DNA of 64,000 nt, taken from positions 1,116,001-1,180,000 of the forward strand of contig CM075990.1 of assembly GCA_038087875.1 (NCBI GenBank), given 5' to 3'. Positions 49,297-63,640 of the stretch are shown in pieces. The DNA comes from Malacoraja senta. Lineage: Eukaryota. The notes under the pieces were generated by a model, which did no database searches, was not told where the DNA came from, and saw only the letters and a program-made list of their open reading frames with translations. Numbering within the stretch: the first letter of the stretch is position 1; each line of letters starts with the position of its first letter. Made by a program: the position numbers and the translations under genes.

Positions 49297-51545
49297 TAGA
49301 AACATAGAAAATAGGTGCAGGAGGAGGCCATTCGGCCCTTCGAGCCAGCACCGCCATTCATTGTGATCATGGCTGATCGTCCCCTATCAATAATCCGTGC
49401 CTGCCTTCTCCCCATATCCCTTGATTCCACTAGCCCCTAGAGCTCTATCTAACTCTATCTTAAATCCATCCAATGATTTGGCCTCCACTGCCCTCTGTGG
49501 CAGGGAATTCCATAAATTCACAATTCCCGAGTGAAAACTTTTTTTCTCACCTCAGTCTTAAATGACCTCCCCTTTATTCTAAGACTGGGGCCCCTGGTTC
49601 TGGACTCACCCAACATTGGGAACATTTTTCCTGCATCTAACTTGTCCAGTCCTTCTATAATTTTATATGTTTCTATAAGATATCCCCTCATCCTTCTAAA
49701 CTCCAGTGAATACAAGCCTAGTCTTTTCAATCTTTCCTCATATGACTGTCCCGCTATCCCAGGGATCAATCTCGTGAACCTACGCTGCACTGCCTCAAGC
49801 ACAAGGATGTCCTTCCTCAAATTAGGAGACCAAAACTGTACACAATACTCCGGATGCGGTTCTACCAGAGCCCTATACAACAGCAGAAGAACCTCTTTAC
49901 TCCTATACTGAAATCCTCTTGTTATGAAGGCCAACATTCCATTAGCTTTCTTCACTGCCTGCTGTACCTGCATGCCAACTTTCAGTGACCGGTGTACAAG
50001 GACGCCCAGGTCTCGCTGCACCTCCCCCTTACCTAACCTAACCCCATTGAGATAATAATCTGCCCCCTTGTTTTTGCCGTCAAAGTGGATAACCTCACAT
50101 TTATCTATATTATACTGCATCTGCCACGCATCTGCCCACTCACTCAGCATGTCCAGGTCACCCTGCAACCTCCTAACATCCTCTTCACAGTTCACACTGC
50201 CACCCAGCTTTGTGTCATCCGCAAACTTGCTAGTGTTGCTCCTAATTCCCTCTTCCAAATCATTAATATATATGGTAAACAGTTGCGGCCCCAACACTGA
50301 GCCTTGCGGCACTCCACTCGCCACTGCCTGCCATTCTGAAAAGGGCCCGTTCACTCCTACTCTTTGCTTCCGGTCTGCCAACCAATTTTCTATCCATGTC
50401 AACACCCTACCCCCAATACCATGTGCTCTAATTTTATTCACCAGTCTCCCGTGCGGGACCTTATCAAAGGCTTTCTGAAAGTCTAGATACACTACATCCA
50501 CTGGCACCCCTTCATCCATTTTACTTGTCACATCCTCAAAAAATTCCAGAAGATTAGTCAAGCATGATTTCCCTTTCATAAATCCATGTTGACTTGGACT
50601 AATCCTTTTACTGCTATCCAAATGCCCCAATATTACCTCTTTAATAATTGACTCCAGCATCTTTCCCACCACTGAAGTCAGGCTAACTAGTCTGTAATTC
50701 CCCGTTTTCTCTCTCGCTCCTTTCTTGAAAAGTGGGATAACATTAGCTATCCTCCAATCCACAGGAACTGATCCTGAATCTATTGAACTTTGGAAAATGA
50801 TCACCAATGCTTCCACTATTTCTAGAGCCACCTCCCTGAGGACCCTGGGATGCAGACCATCAGGCCTAGGGGATTTATCATCCTTCAGTCCCATTAGCCT
50901 ACCCAATACTATTATTCGCCTAATGAAAATCTCTTTCAGTTCCTGTACCCCCTTAGATCCTCTGTCCTCCAGTACATCTGGGAGATTGTTTGTGTCTTCC
51001 TTAGTGAAGACAGATCCAAAGTACCTATTCAACTCTTCTGCCATTTTCTTGTTGCCCATAATAATTTCACCCGTGTCTGCCTTCAAGGGACCCACATTTG
51101 ACTTTGCTACTCTTTTTCCCTTAACATATCTAAAGAAACTTTTACTGTCCTTCTTTATATTCCTGGCCAGCTTCCCTTCATACTTCATCTTTTCCACCCG
51201 TATTGCCCATTTTGTTTCCTTCTGTTGTCCTATGAAAGTTTCCCAATCCTCTGGCTTCTGGCTACTCTTTGCTGTGTTATACATCTTTTCTTTTAGTTTT
51301 ATTCTATCCCTAACTTCTCTTGTCAGCCACGGTTGCCTCCTACTCCCCTTAGAATCTTTCTTCCTTTTTGGAATGAAATGATCCTGCGTCTTCCGGATTA
51401 TGCCCAGAAATTCCTGCCATTGCTGTTCCACCGTCATTCCTGCTAGGATCGCTTTCCAGTGTACTTTGGCCAGCTCCCCTCTCATGCTTTCATAGTCCCC
51501 TTTGTTCAACTACATCACTGCCACTTCCGATTTAACCTTCTCCTT
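49297..51545 (-). mobile_element. CR1 LINE, 5'-truncated, with a 663-aa uninterrupted RT ORF (49518-51509)
   Basis: [46 protein letters not shown] and FADDTKL motifs; 3' UTR and (ATAGAAAC) tail. Confidence 0.95.
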
Positions 51546-52437
51546 CAATCATTAATCAATGTTTCTGTGGCCATTATCTTTGGTTGACCCAAGTTAGCTT
51601 TAACCTTCTGTTTCCTGTTACTAGAAAAACATTCTTCCATTTATCTAACAAATAAAGAACACATCTATTTCCTGTTTAAGAAGGAACTGCAGATGCTGGA
51701 AAATCGAAGGTAGACAAAAATGCTGGAGAAACTCAGCGGGTGCAGCAGCATCTATTTCCTGCTTGGTTCTATTATCCTCAGCCAGGTTTACAACCTCCAA
51801 TGTTTATTTTACCTTCAGCTAGCTCAGTGGAATTTAAACACCTGATAAATCTACATATTGCCTCTCCTCACATCGGTGAGTTCCCCTCACAGCCAACAAT
51901 GGACCATTGTGGGCTCTACCTTTCCATGACTATCGTTGCTGCCTTAGATTTATCCATTTGCATACCTTTAATAATTGTGTTCTTTGTACCTCTTCATATC
52001 TCTAGTTTCCCTCTCCCCTGACTCTGTCTGAAGAAGGGTCCCGACCTGAAACGCACCTATCCATGTTCTCCAGAGATGCTGCCTGACCCGCTGAGTAACT
52101 GCAGCTCTTTGTGTCCATTCACTATGTTGGCATCATCTCCCATCATGCTTCCCCAGTATGTAAGTTCTAGGTTAAACATGTTACAAACTGCTCATCTTCT
52201 TTGTACTTTTCAGAATTTCCCACATCAAAGACATCCTGATGTAGGAAGGATCTGCAGATGCTGGTTTATACCGAAGATAGACCCAAAATCCTGGAGTAAC
52301 CCAGCAGGACATGCAGCATCTCTGGAGAGAAGGAATGGGTGACAATTCTGGTCGAGACCCTTCTGCAGACTGACTTCAGGTCTGAAGAAGGGTCGTGACT
52401 CGAAATATCCCATTCTTTCTCTCCAGAGATGCTTCTT

Positions 52438-55264
52438 TTTTTTTTTTTTTTTTTTTTTTTATTTATTTTTTAGAAGTACGGTAGATTACAGTAATGTACA
52501 ACACGTATATATTAATACATTTTTTGTACCGCTTCACTTTTTTAAACTTTAAGAAAGAAAAAGAAAGAAGTAAGAAAAGTGAAGAAAGTGCGCAAAGGTT
52601 GTGAAGTGCAAAAGAGTGTTGGGAAAAGAAAGCCCCTTAGAAAAGAGGTTAGAGAAGGAAGTAAAGTTAGAAAATAGACCCTAGAAAAAAAAAAGAGAAA
52701 GAAAGAAGGAACAATCGCTCTATTATAACTCTTATACCATACTTCATAGAGAAGGAACTACCAACCAAGTCTGTTTTTATTTTACCTCCCATTACCAGGT
52801 CCAGATACCTTTTATTTATTTATTTGTTTTTCTAAATTACTATGCACCTCATGCTTGTAATAGGTCCAAAAACGTAGACCACGTCTTTTGAAATTGATCT
52901 ACTTTGCCTACTAGGAGGAATCTCATCTCTTCCAGATGTAATGTTTCCAACATATTTGATGTCCACATTTTTATTGTTGGTGTGGGCGCATTTTTCCAGA
53001 ATTTAAGTATAAGCTTTTTTCCCATTATTAGCCCATAATTGAGTAAATTCTTCTGATACACGTTTAATTCAGGAATACCTTCCGATATTCCAAAAATAAT
53101 CCATTCTGGTTTTGGTACCAGTTTTATTTTGATTAATTTTGAAAAAATATCAAATATTTCAAACCAGAATTTTTGGATTTTTGTACAAAAAACAAAAGAA
53201 TGTGCTATGGTAGCTTCTTGACATATACATTTATCACAGATTGGTGAGACGTTAGGAAAGATTTTATTTAGTTTGGTTTTTGAATAATATAATCTATGTA
53301 ATGTTTTAAATTGGATAAGCGTATGTCGTACGTTGATCGAGCATTTATGCACCTGTAATAAATGATTATCCCAACTCTCTTTTGAAATTTTTATACCTAG
53401 ATCTTGTTCCCAATCTCTTCTAATTCCATCTGTTGTGGGTATTTCTATATTTAAGATGATATTATATAAGTATGATATTAAATTAACTGATTCCGCCTTT
53501 GTCTTCATTGCTTCATCTAGTGAGTCGGAAGGCATATTATAATAATCTTTTGTGTGTGTTTTCAAATAGTCACAGATTTGTATATATTTAAAATATTGAT
53601 TATTTTTCAAATTATATTTCAGTTGTAGTTGTTGGAATGATAGTAATTTTTCTAATTCATACAGATCTTCGAGCGTTTTAATTCCCATTCTTTCCCATTG
53701 TATAAATGCTTTATCTATGATTGAAGGTTTAAACGATGGGTTATTGACTATTGGTATTAAGAGAGATAGGTTTCTTAATTTTAGATTCTGTTTTATTTGC
53801 TTCCATGTTCTAATAGTGCTATATATAATTGGATTTTTATTATAATTTTTATTATTCAAATTTATTGGAGAGAGAATAATCGCTCCTATATTATTCGGGG
53901 AGCAATCCCCTTTTTCCATTATAATCCAGTCCACCTGCTGGGCAGAATTGTCCAGCAGGTGAATCATATTTTTAATATTTACTGCCCAGTTATAATACAT
54001 AAAGTTAGGGAGCGCTAGACCCCCCAACTCTTTTCGTTTGTTAAGGTGTGTTCTTTGTATTCTGTGGGATTTGTAATCCCATATAAAATTTGTAATGTCT
54101 GAGTCCAGTTTTTTGAAAAACTTTTTTGGGAGATATATAGGTATTGATTGAAATAGGTAAAGGATTTGTGGTAAGAAAATCATTTTTATAGCATTTATCC
54201 TACCTATTAAGGACATCGGAAGTGTTTTCCAAAATTTAATCAGATTATTTAATTTCTTAAGTAGGGGATTATAATTAGCTTTAAACATATCATGGTAATT
54301 TCTAGTAATCTCAATTCCTAAATATTTGAATTTTTCCATAGCTATTTTAAAAGGGAATTTCCTGAGATGTGTTGAGTCTTTTGGTTTAATCGACATAATT
54401 TCACTTTTGTTCCAGTTTATTCTATATCCTGAAAAGGATCCAAAGTCCTCAATTAAGTTTAATATATTTGGTATACTAATTTGTGGTTTTGTGATGTACA
54501 GTAGTACATCATCAGCATATAGGGATAGTTTGTTGTTTGAATATTTTGTGTTATAACCGTGAATATTCGAGTGTGTTCTTATTTTTTCAGCAAGGGGTTC
54601 AATTACCAAAGCAAATAACAGCGGTGATAGTGAACATCCTTGTCTGTTGCCCCTAGATAATTCGAATTTTGAAGATAATATATTATTAGTTAGTATTCTA
54701 GCCGTAGGTTTGTTATATAGTAGTTTTATCCATGCAATAAAGTTTTCTCCCAATTGGAATTTTTGCAATACTTTGATCATATAGTCCCATTCTACTTGAT
54801 CAAACGCTTTTTCTGCGTCCAGTGAGATGATAGCTAGCTCTTGGTCATCAGATTTATGTGAATGCATTATGTTAAGCAAACGTCTCAAATTATTAAATGA
54901 GTGTCTCTTAGGTATAAATCCTGTTTGATCCTCATGTATTAGTCTACTAACATACTTGCTTAATCTATTGGCTAATGTTTTTGCTATTATTTTCTGATCC
55001 GTATTTAACAAAGCAATAGCTCTATATGATCCTGGTTCTTCTATATTTTTATCTTTTTTAAGTATTAATATGATCGTTGATTCCGCTAGTGTTTCAGGTA
55101 GGTTTTGCTCTTTATAAGCATATGTATACATTTTTTGTAATCGTGGAGTAACTATATCATAAAAAGATTTATAAAATTCATTACTGAATCCGTCTGGTCC
55201 TGGTGTTTTTCCATTTTTTAGTGTTTTTATTGTGTCTTCTATCTCCTTAGAAGTAATTTGTGCG
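52438..55264 (-). mobile_element. L1 LINE, 5'-truncated, with intact ORF2 RT/C-terminal region (52849-55131 and upstream)
   Basis: DAEKAFDQVEW, RQGCSLSPLLF and LYADD motifs; C-terminal CDKC..EATIAHSFVFC; polyA tail (T run ~52436-52460); TSD GAGATGCTTCTT (52426-52437, 55265-55276). Confidence 0.95.
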
Positions 55265-55924
55265 GAGATGCTTCTTCATCTTGTCGAGTCCACACACAAG
55301 ATTAGAAGTTGTTCAGCCAGAGCTGAACACACTTCTCTGGCATCTGCGTACAATGGTGTCTGTCTTCTCGCTTCTTGTGCTTCTTGTGCGTGGTGGTGGA
55401 AAGATTGGTGGAAACAGGGCCGCGACGTGAACACTCTTTCCTTGACCACTCCAGGGATGCTGTCTGTCCCGCTGTGTTACTCCAGCATTTTGTGTTTAAG
55501 ACATCCTGGAGCTTGTTCTGTTAATAACAGGATCATCTTCCACTCACATTTGGTTTCTCTACCTCTGTCTTTTCCTATTGCCTTCCTCGTTAATATTAAT
55601 CCCAGCATATCCCTCTCCTCTCTCCCCACTGGTCTAACTCAATAACATGCCTGTGCACTACACCCATCTTCATCTTGAAGAGTTTCTGGGTGTGACTCTA
55701 GAATGTTTCCTGTTCTTGTTGTTATCTTGGAGTTTGTATACATCAACTGAAATATCCTGTTGGGTTTTCTGCCACTGCAATAAGTTGCCACTGAAGCAGC
55801 AGAGTGAAAATAATCTTCTTTGTCATCTCATTCAGGAAGGAAGCTTGCAGTCGCTGCACTATCTGACCTCCTCATGAGATCAATCCCAATAGTGGGGTCT
55901 ACCAGCATTTCACTACCTCATCAC

Positions 55925-56610
55925 AATAGACAATAGACAATAGACAATAGACAATAGGTGCAGGAGTAGGCCATTTGGCCCTTCGAGCCAGCACGGCCAT
56001 TCAATGTGATCATGGCTGATCATCCCCAATCAGTACCCTGTTCCTGCCTTCTCCCCATATCCCCTGACTCCGCTATTTTTAAGAGCCCTATCTAGCTCTC
56101 TCTTGAAAGCATCCAGAGAACCTGCCTCCACCGCCCTCTGTGGCAGAGAATTCCACAGACTCACCACTCTCTGTGAGAAAAAGTGTTTCCTCGTCTCCGT
56201 TCTGAATGGCTTACTCCTTATTCTTAAACTGTGGCCCCTGGTTCTGGACTCCCCCAACATCGGGAACATGTTTCCTGCCTCTAGTGTGTCCAAGCCCTTA
56301 ACAATCTTATATGTTTCAATGAGATTCCCTCTCATCTTTCTAAACTCCAGAGTGTACAAGCCCAGCCGCTCCATTCTCTCAGCATACGACAGTCCCGCCA
56401 TCCCGGGAATTAACCTTGTAAACCTACGCTGCACTCCCGCAATAGCAAGAATGTCCTTCCTCAAATTAGGGGACCGAAACTGCACACAATACTCCAGGTG
56501 TGGTCTCACTAGGGCTCTGTACAACTGCGGAAGGACCTCTTTGCTCCTTTATTCGATTCCTCGTGTTATAAAGGCCAACATGTCATTCGCTTTCTTCACT
56601 GCCTGCTGCA
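55925..56610 (-). mobile_element. CR1 LINE 3' fragment (similar copies ~58088-58830, 61090-61320, 11064-11385, 15655-16000)
   Basis: RPHLEYCVQF..ERLGLYTLEFR..YGEKAGTGY; (ATAGACA)n tail. Confidence 0.9.
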
Positions 56611-59600
56611 CCGCTCCAGTCACATCTTCCCCTCCTCACCCCACCCCACCTTCTGCAGGAACCCCCCTCCCTCCCTCCCTCCCTCCCTCCCCCCCCCACC
56701 TCCCTGTGTGACCCCCTGACTCACTCATCCACCCCTTCCCCATCCTAGGCATTTCCTCTACACCCCTGGAACTTGCAACACCTGTCCTTGCACCTTCTCC
56801 CTCTCTACCATCCCGGACACATAAATCCCTTCCAAATCAGACATTAACCTGCACCTGATGCAATTGATTGAAAGATACAGCATTGAAACAGGCTCTTCGG
56901 CCCATCGCGTCCATGCCGGTCATCGATCACCTGTTCCCACTAGCTCTGTGTTATCACACTTTCTCATCCACTCCCGATTAACTAGGGGCAATTTACAGAG
57001 GGCCAAGTAACCTACAAACCCGCACGTCTTTGGGATGTGGGAGGAAACCGGAGCACCCAGAGGAAACCCACACGGTCACAGTGAGAACGTGCAGACTCCG
57101 CACAGATAACCCCTAGGGTTAGAATTGAACCCGTGTCTCTGGCGCTGTGCAGCAACAGCTCTACCAGCTGCACCATTGTACCTGATGGTTGTTGAGAAGA
57201 AGCTATTCTTGAATCTGGAGGTCATGGTTTTCTGACTCCTGTACCTAGTTCCCGATAGCAGGAGTAAAATGAGAGCATGGTCAGGGTGGTGTGGGTGCTG
57301 GATGATGCTGGCTGCCTTTTTGGGGCAACACCTTCTATAGATCCCTTCAATGGTGGGGAGGTCAGTCCCCGTGATGGACTGGGCAGTGTTCACCACTCTC
57401 TGTAATATTATTTGTCCCTGGGCGTTCGAGTTGCCAAACCAGGCCATGATGCAACCAGTCAATATACTCTCTGCTGTACGGCTGTAGAGTTCAAGATAGT
57501 ATTTGTTAACATACCAAATCTCCTCAAACTTCCTGCGGGCAGTGTTAAAGTCCAACGCTTCCTCTCACTTTCCCAAATCTTGTCTACATTTGATTTCCAA
57601 AATGACCCGCAGCCTCCTCCTCCTTGTACAGCTTGGGCAGACTCTGTATCTTGTCCCGTTTAAATCAGCTCATGTGATTAACATGTACACAAGGTAAGTC
57701 AGACCACCTTGTCATGCTGGTTCTGGAATGCTTGTGTGATGAACAATGTCACAAACAGTACCTTTCCTTTGTCAATGATGACAAGTTTAGTTCTGAACAA
57801 CAAGAGGGAATTATTGGACAACTGGGATGCCCTCACAAGGGCGGAACGGTGGCGCAGCGATAGAGTTGCTGCCTGACAGCACCAGAGACCCAGGTTCGAT
57901 CCTGACCACAGGTGCTGCCTGTACGGAGTTTGCTTGTTCTCCCCGTGACCGCGTACGTTTCCTCCCACATTCCAAAGACACGTGGCTTTGCTGGTTAATT
58001 GGCCCTCTTGAAGTGGAATAATATAGAACTAATGTGCAGGTGATCAATGGTCAGCATGGACTCGGTGGGCCGAAGGGCCTTTTTCAACAGACAATAGACA
58101 ACAGCCAATAGGTGCAGGAGTAGGCCATTCAGCCCTTCGAGCCAGCACCACCATTCAATGTGATCATGGTTGATCATCCCCAATCAGTACCCCATTCCTG
58201 CCTTCTCCTCATATCCCTTAACTCCGCTATCTTTAAGAGCCCTATATAGCTCACTCTTGAAAGTATCCAGAGAACCGGCCTCCACCGCCCTCTGAGGCAG
58301 AGAATTCCACAGACTCACCACTCTTTGTGTGAAAAAGTGTTTCCTCATCTCTGTTCTAAATGGCTTACCCTTATTCTTAAACTGTGGCCCCTGGTTCTGT
58401 ACTTCCCCAACATGGGAACATGTTTCCTGCCTCTAGCATGTCCAAACCCTTTACAATCTTATATGTTTCAATAAGATTCCCTCTCATCCTTCTAAACTCC
58501 AGTGTACAAGCCCAGCCGCTCCATTCTCTCAGCATATGACAGTCCCGCCATCCCTGGAATTAACCTTGTAAACCTACGCTGCACTTCCTCAATAGCAAGA
58601 ATGTCCTTCCTCAAATTAGGGGACCAAAACTGCACACAATACTCCACGTTTGGTCTCACTAGGGCTCTGTACAACTGCAGAAGAACCTCTTTGCTCCTAT
58701 ACTCGAATCCTCTTGTTATAAAGGCCAACATGCCATTCGCTTTCTTCACTGCCTGCTGTACCTGCATGCTTACTTTCATAGACTGATGAACAAGGACCCC
58801 AGACCCCGTTGTACTTCCCCTTTTCCCAACTTGTTGATACAACATGTTGTATCTCTAAACTAAACCAAACTAAAAGGTCACCGTTAACTCCCCAACCGGT
58901 GTGGTTCCCCATACCACAGCTAGGCAGAGACTGCTGCCCCCAGTGCATTAACCAGAGGGAGGGTCTGGGTACAGAGGGGCCCCTTTCCTGCTGCTGTGAG
59001 ACGGAAGCACGAACACCGCAGAGGTGATTGCAACATCGCAACTTTGGCGGCAGGAAGGGTGATGTAGTGTCTGCACAGTGCCTGCCCAGTCTGGCTTTAG
59101 TTAGTTTCATTTATTGCTGTCACCAAGATACAGTGAAAAGCTTTTGTTGGGCACTATCTAGTCAGCAGAAAGACAATTCTCGATCACAATCGAGCCATTT
59201 ACTGTGTATAGATACATGATAAGTGAATAACGTTTAGTGCAAGGTAAAGCCAGCCAAGTCCGATCAAGGATGGTCTGAGGGTCAACAATGAGGTAGATAG
59301 TAGTTCAGCGCTGCTCTCTGGTTGCGGTAGGAAGATTTAGGATGGGGTTTCAATGTAAGGACACCCGAGCTGCTGCCAGCCCCCTTCCTGCTCTGCACCA
59401 GGAGAAGGCGTGGAGCAATGAGAGCACATTGCCCATGGCATTGTCACATGCGCCAACAGTGGAACAACAGAATAGACGACAGGCCTGTAAACACAACGCA
59501 CACAGATAATAAACACAAATTCAATAAGTTAATAGCCACAATACAAATGCAAAAAATCTGGTGCAATGCGACCAAACTCAGCCCCTAGTTCATAATTGAG

Positions 59601-62458
59601 GTTAAACACAAAATGGTGGAGTAACTCAGCGGATCAGGCAGCATCTCTGGAGAGAAGGAATAGGTGATGGTTTGGGTCGATATCCTTCGTCAGTCTGAAA
59701 GATAGAGGTGGGGAGTGGGGGGGGGGGGGGTGGGGGGGCGGAGGGGGTTGGAACTGGAGGCGAGAAAAGGAAGGCCCCAACCTAAAAATAATTCACTCTC
59801 TCCAGTGACAGAGGTGGGGAGGTGAAGAAAGAGGAGGGAAGTGTCTGAGATAGTCCAGGTGAATCTGAGGACAGGGTGGGAGATGGTGGTGAAGATAATG
59901 AAGTCCACAAGTTCTGCATTCCTTCATTCCAGAGATGCTGCCTGTCCCGCTGAGTTACTCCAGCATTTTGCGTCCATCTTCAGTGTAAACCAGCATCTGC
60001 AGTTCCTTCCTACTCATAGTTGAGGTTTGTGTGGTGTAGTATTCAAGATCTTGATGGCTGTTGTGAAGAAGCTATTACAGTCTAAGAGTCATACAGTATG
60101 GAAACAGGCCCTTTGGCCCAATTTGCCCTTGCCGACCAAGATGCCCCATCTACACTAGTCCCACCTGCCCACATTTGGCCCATATCATTCTAAACCTTTG
60201 CTATCCATGTGCCTATCCAAATGTCTTTTAAATGTTGTTATGGTACCTGCCTCAACTATCTCCTCTGGCAGCTCCTTCCACATACCCACCACCAATTAAA
60301 TTGTATTCTCTCACCTTAAACCTATGTCCTATGCTTCTTGATTCCTCCTCTCTGGGTAAAAGACTGTGCATTTACTCTTTCGATTCCCCTCATGATCTTA
60401 TCCCAGGTGGCACGGTGGCACAGCGGTAGAGTTGCTGCCTTACAGCACCAGAGACCCGGGTTCGATCCTGATTATGGGTGCTGTCTCTATCGAGTTTGTA
60501 TTTTCTCCCCGTGACATGTGTGGATTTTCTTTGTGTACTCCGGTTTCCTCCCACACTCCAAAGACGTACAGGTTTGTAGATTATTTGGCTTAGTAAAATT
60601 GTAAATTGGCCCTAGTGTGTCGGATAGTGTTAGTGATGGGGGGATCGCTGGTCGGCGCGGACTTGGTGGGCAAACTTTGAGGAGGTATGGAACGAACTGC
60701 CGGAGGGGGTAGATGCATAGAGTCTTGTCAAGAGTAGGGGAATAAAGGGCCAGAGAACATAGGTTTAAGGTGAAGGGTAAAAGATTTAACTTTTTCACAC
60801 AAAGGGTGATGGGTGTGTGCAACAAGCTGCCAGAGGAGGTAGTTAAGGCTGGGATTATCCCAACTTTTTAGAAACAGTTAGGTACATGGATATCGGTTTG
60901 GAGGGATATGGACCAAATGTGAGCAGGTGGAACTAGTGTAGCCAGGCAAGTTGGGCTGAAGGGCCTGTTTCCACACTGTATCACTCTATGACGCTATAAC
61001 ATCCTCATAAATCTTCTCTGCATTCTTCCCAGCTTAACAACATTTTCTGAACACAATATTCCAAATCTGGTGTAGTATACAAGATCTTAGACAATAGACA
61101 ATAGGTGCAGGAGTAGGCCATTTGGCCCTTCGAGCCAGTACCACCATTCAATGTGATCATGGCTGATCATCCCCAATCAGTACCCCGTGCCTGCCTTCTC
61201 CCCATATCCCCTGACTCTGCTATTTTTAAGAGCCCTATCTAGCTCTCTCTTGAAAGCATCCAGAGAACCTGCCTCCACCACCCTCTGAGGCAGAGAATTC
61301 CACATACTCACCACTCTCTGTGAAGGCTGTGATGGCTGTTGTGAAGAAGCGATTACACTTACAGTATGGAAACAGGCCCTTTGGCCCAATTTGCCCTTGC
61401 CGACCAAGACTTGTCTTCCAAAACTGAACACAATATTCCAAATGTGGTCTCATCAAAGTCTTGTACAACTGTAACATAACATCCCAACTCTTACAATCAG
61501 TATCCTGACTGATGAAGCCAATGTCCTAATCCTTCTTGACCACCCTATTTACCTGTTTAGTGTAGGTTGGTTTAGTATACTGAGGTATAGGGAAAAGCTT
61601 TTGTTTGCGATCTATCCAGTCAAATAAAAGACTACGCATTAATACAATGAAGCCGCAAACAAAAGATAGAGGGTCCAACATTCAATACACGGATGCAACT
61701 CACCACTTTCAAGTAACTATATACTGCATTTCCTCTGCTCTACAACACTCCCTCTGTTGAGGTCCTGCCCTGGTTTAACTGTTCTTGAACTTGTTGCTCA
61801 TGGTTTTCAGACTCCTGTACCTTCTTCCCGATGGCAGGGGCGAAATGAGAGTGTGGCCAGGGTGGTTTGGGTCATTAATGATGCAGGCTGCCTTTTGTGG
61901 CAGCCCCACCTATTCATCCTTTCAATGGTGGGGAGGTCAGTCCATGTCCTTCATGGGCCCTTCGGCCTAAATTCATGCTGAAAAAGACGTCTATATGAGT
62001 TAGTTCCATTTGCTTGACTTTGGCCCATATCCCCTGAAAACGTTCCTATCCATGAACTTATCTGAATGTCTTTTCAAATGTATAATTGTACCCGCCTCTA
62101 CCACTTCTTCTGGCAGCTTGTTCCACATAACTTCCACCCTCTGTGTGAAAACACAGGTCTCTTTTTAAAACTTTCCCCTCGCACCCATGTCTTCTAATTC
62201 TCGATTCCCCTACTCTGGGATAAAGGCTGTGACCCGCATGTCTTTGGGATGTGGGAGGAAATCGCAGTGCACAGAGTTCACCCCTGGAGTTCGGCCCCTT
62301 TGTCCATGATGAGACTGATGTCATGAGGTCAGGAGCTCAGTGACTTTGGCAAAACCCAAACTGAGCTTCTGTGAGCAGGTCGTTGCCAAGCAAGTGTCGC
62401 CCGAGAGCACCATCGATTCTCACTTTCATCACTTTGCTGATGATCTAGAGATGACTGA

Positions 62459-63640
62459 TACGATATGATAGAACTTTATTTATCCCAGGAGGAAAATTAA
62501 TTTGCCAACAGTCATAAAAAAACCATAATACATGAAACATGAAAATAAAGTGACGAGTGGTAAAGCTTTGGGGATGTGTAAAGATTGAGGAGGTTGGGGG
62601 GGGGGGAGGGGGGAGTCAGTCTCAGTCTCAGTCTACCCCATGACAGAAGGGGGAGGAGTTGTAAAGTTTGATAGCCACAGGGAAGGATCTCCTGTGGCAT
62701 TCTGTGCTGCATCTTGGTGGAACCAGTCTGTTGCTGAAGGTGCTCCTCAGGTTGACCAGTGTGTCATGGAGGGGGTGAGCTGTATTGTCCAGGATGCTCC
62801 GCAGTTTGAGGAGCATCCTCCCCTCCAAGACCAACCTCCCGTGAATCCACCTCCGCCCCCAGGATGGAGCCAGTCTCCCTGATGAGTTTGTTGATTCTGT
62901 TGGTGTCCGCAGCCTTCGCCCTGCTGCCCCAGCACACGGCAGTGAAGAAGATGGCACTGGCTACCACCGATTGGTAGAACATCTGCAGCATTTCACTGTA
63001 GGAATCATTGAAGGAGCAGAGCCTTCTCAAAAAGTACAGCCGGCTCTGTCCCTTCTTGTACAGGGCCTCAGCATTCCTGGACCAGTCCAGTTTACTGTCC
63101 AGGTAAACTCCCAGGTATTTGTACTCCCTGGTAAACTGCACATCCACATCATTGATGGAGACTGGGGACAGGGGTGTTCCTCTCCTCCTAACGTCCACCA
63201 CTAACTCCGTAGTCTTGTCGGTGTTGAGCTACATGTGATTCAGCCCACATCACTCAACAAAGTCGTTGACTATACGTCTGTTTTCAGCTTCCCTCCCCTC
63301 ACTGATGCAGCCCTCAATTGCAGACTCACCTGAAAATGTCTGCAGGTGGCAGGAGTCTGAGTTATATCTGATGTCCAAGGTGTAGATGGTGAACAGGAAG
63401 GGAGAGAGGACCATCCGCTGTGGGGCCCCTGTGTTGCTCACCACCATATCCAAGACATAGTTCTGTAGCCTGACATATTGTGGTCATCCAGTCAGGTCAT
63501 TGGTGATCCAGGACACCAATGGAGCATCCACCCGCATCTTCGTCAGTTTGCTCCCTAGCAGTGCAGGCCGGATGGTGTTAAAAGCACTGGAGAAGAAACA
63601 AAACATGACTCTCACAGTGCTACCTGGCTTATCCAGGTGA
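62459..63640 (-). mobile_element. Rex1/Babar LINE, 5'-truncated and degenerate
   Basis: RT pieces VRVMF..FSSAFNTIRP, TGAPQ..VLSPFLFTIYT and YKYLGVYLDSKLDWS..QSRLYFLRRL; (TATCG)-type tail. Confidence 0.85.

Noticed and set aside
49531..51381. Plus-strand ORFs opposite the CR1 RT
   Set aside because: Antisense shadow ORFs that recur in every CR1 copy.
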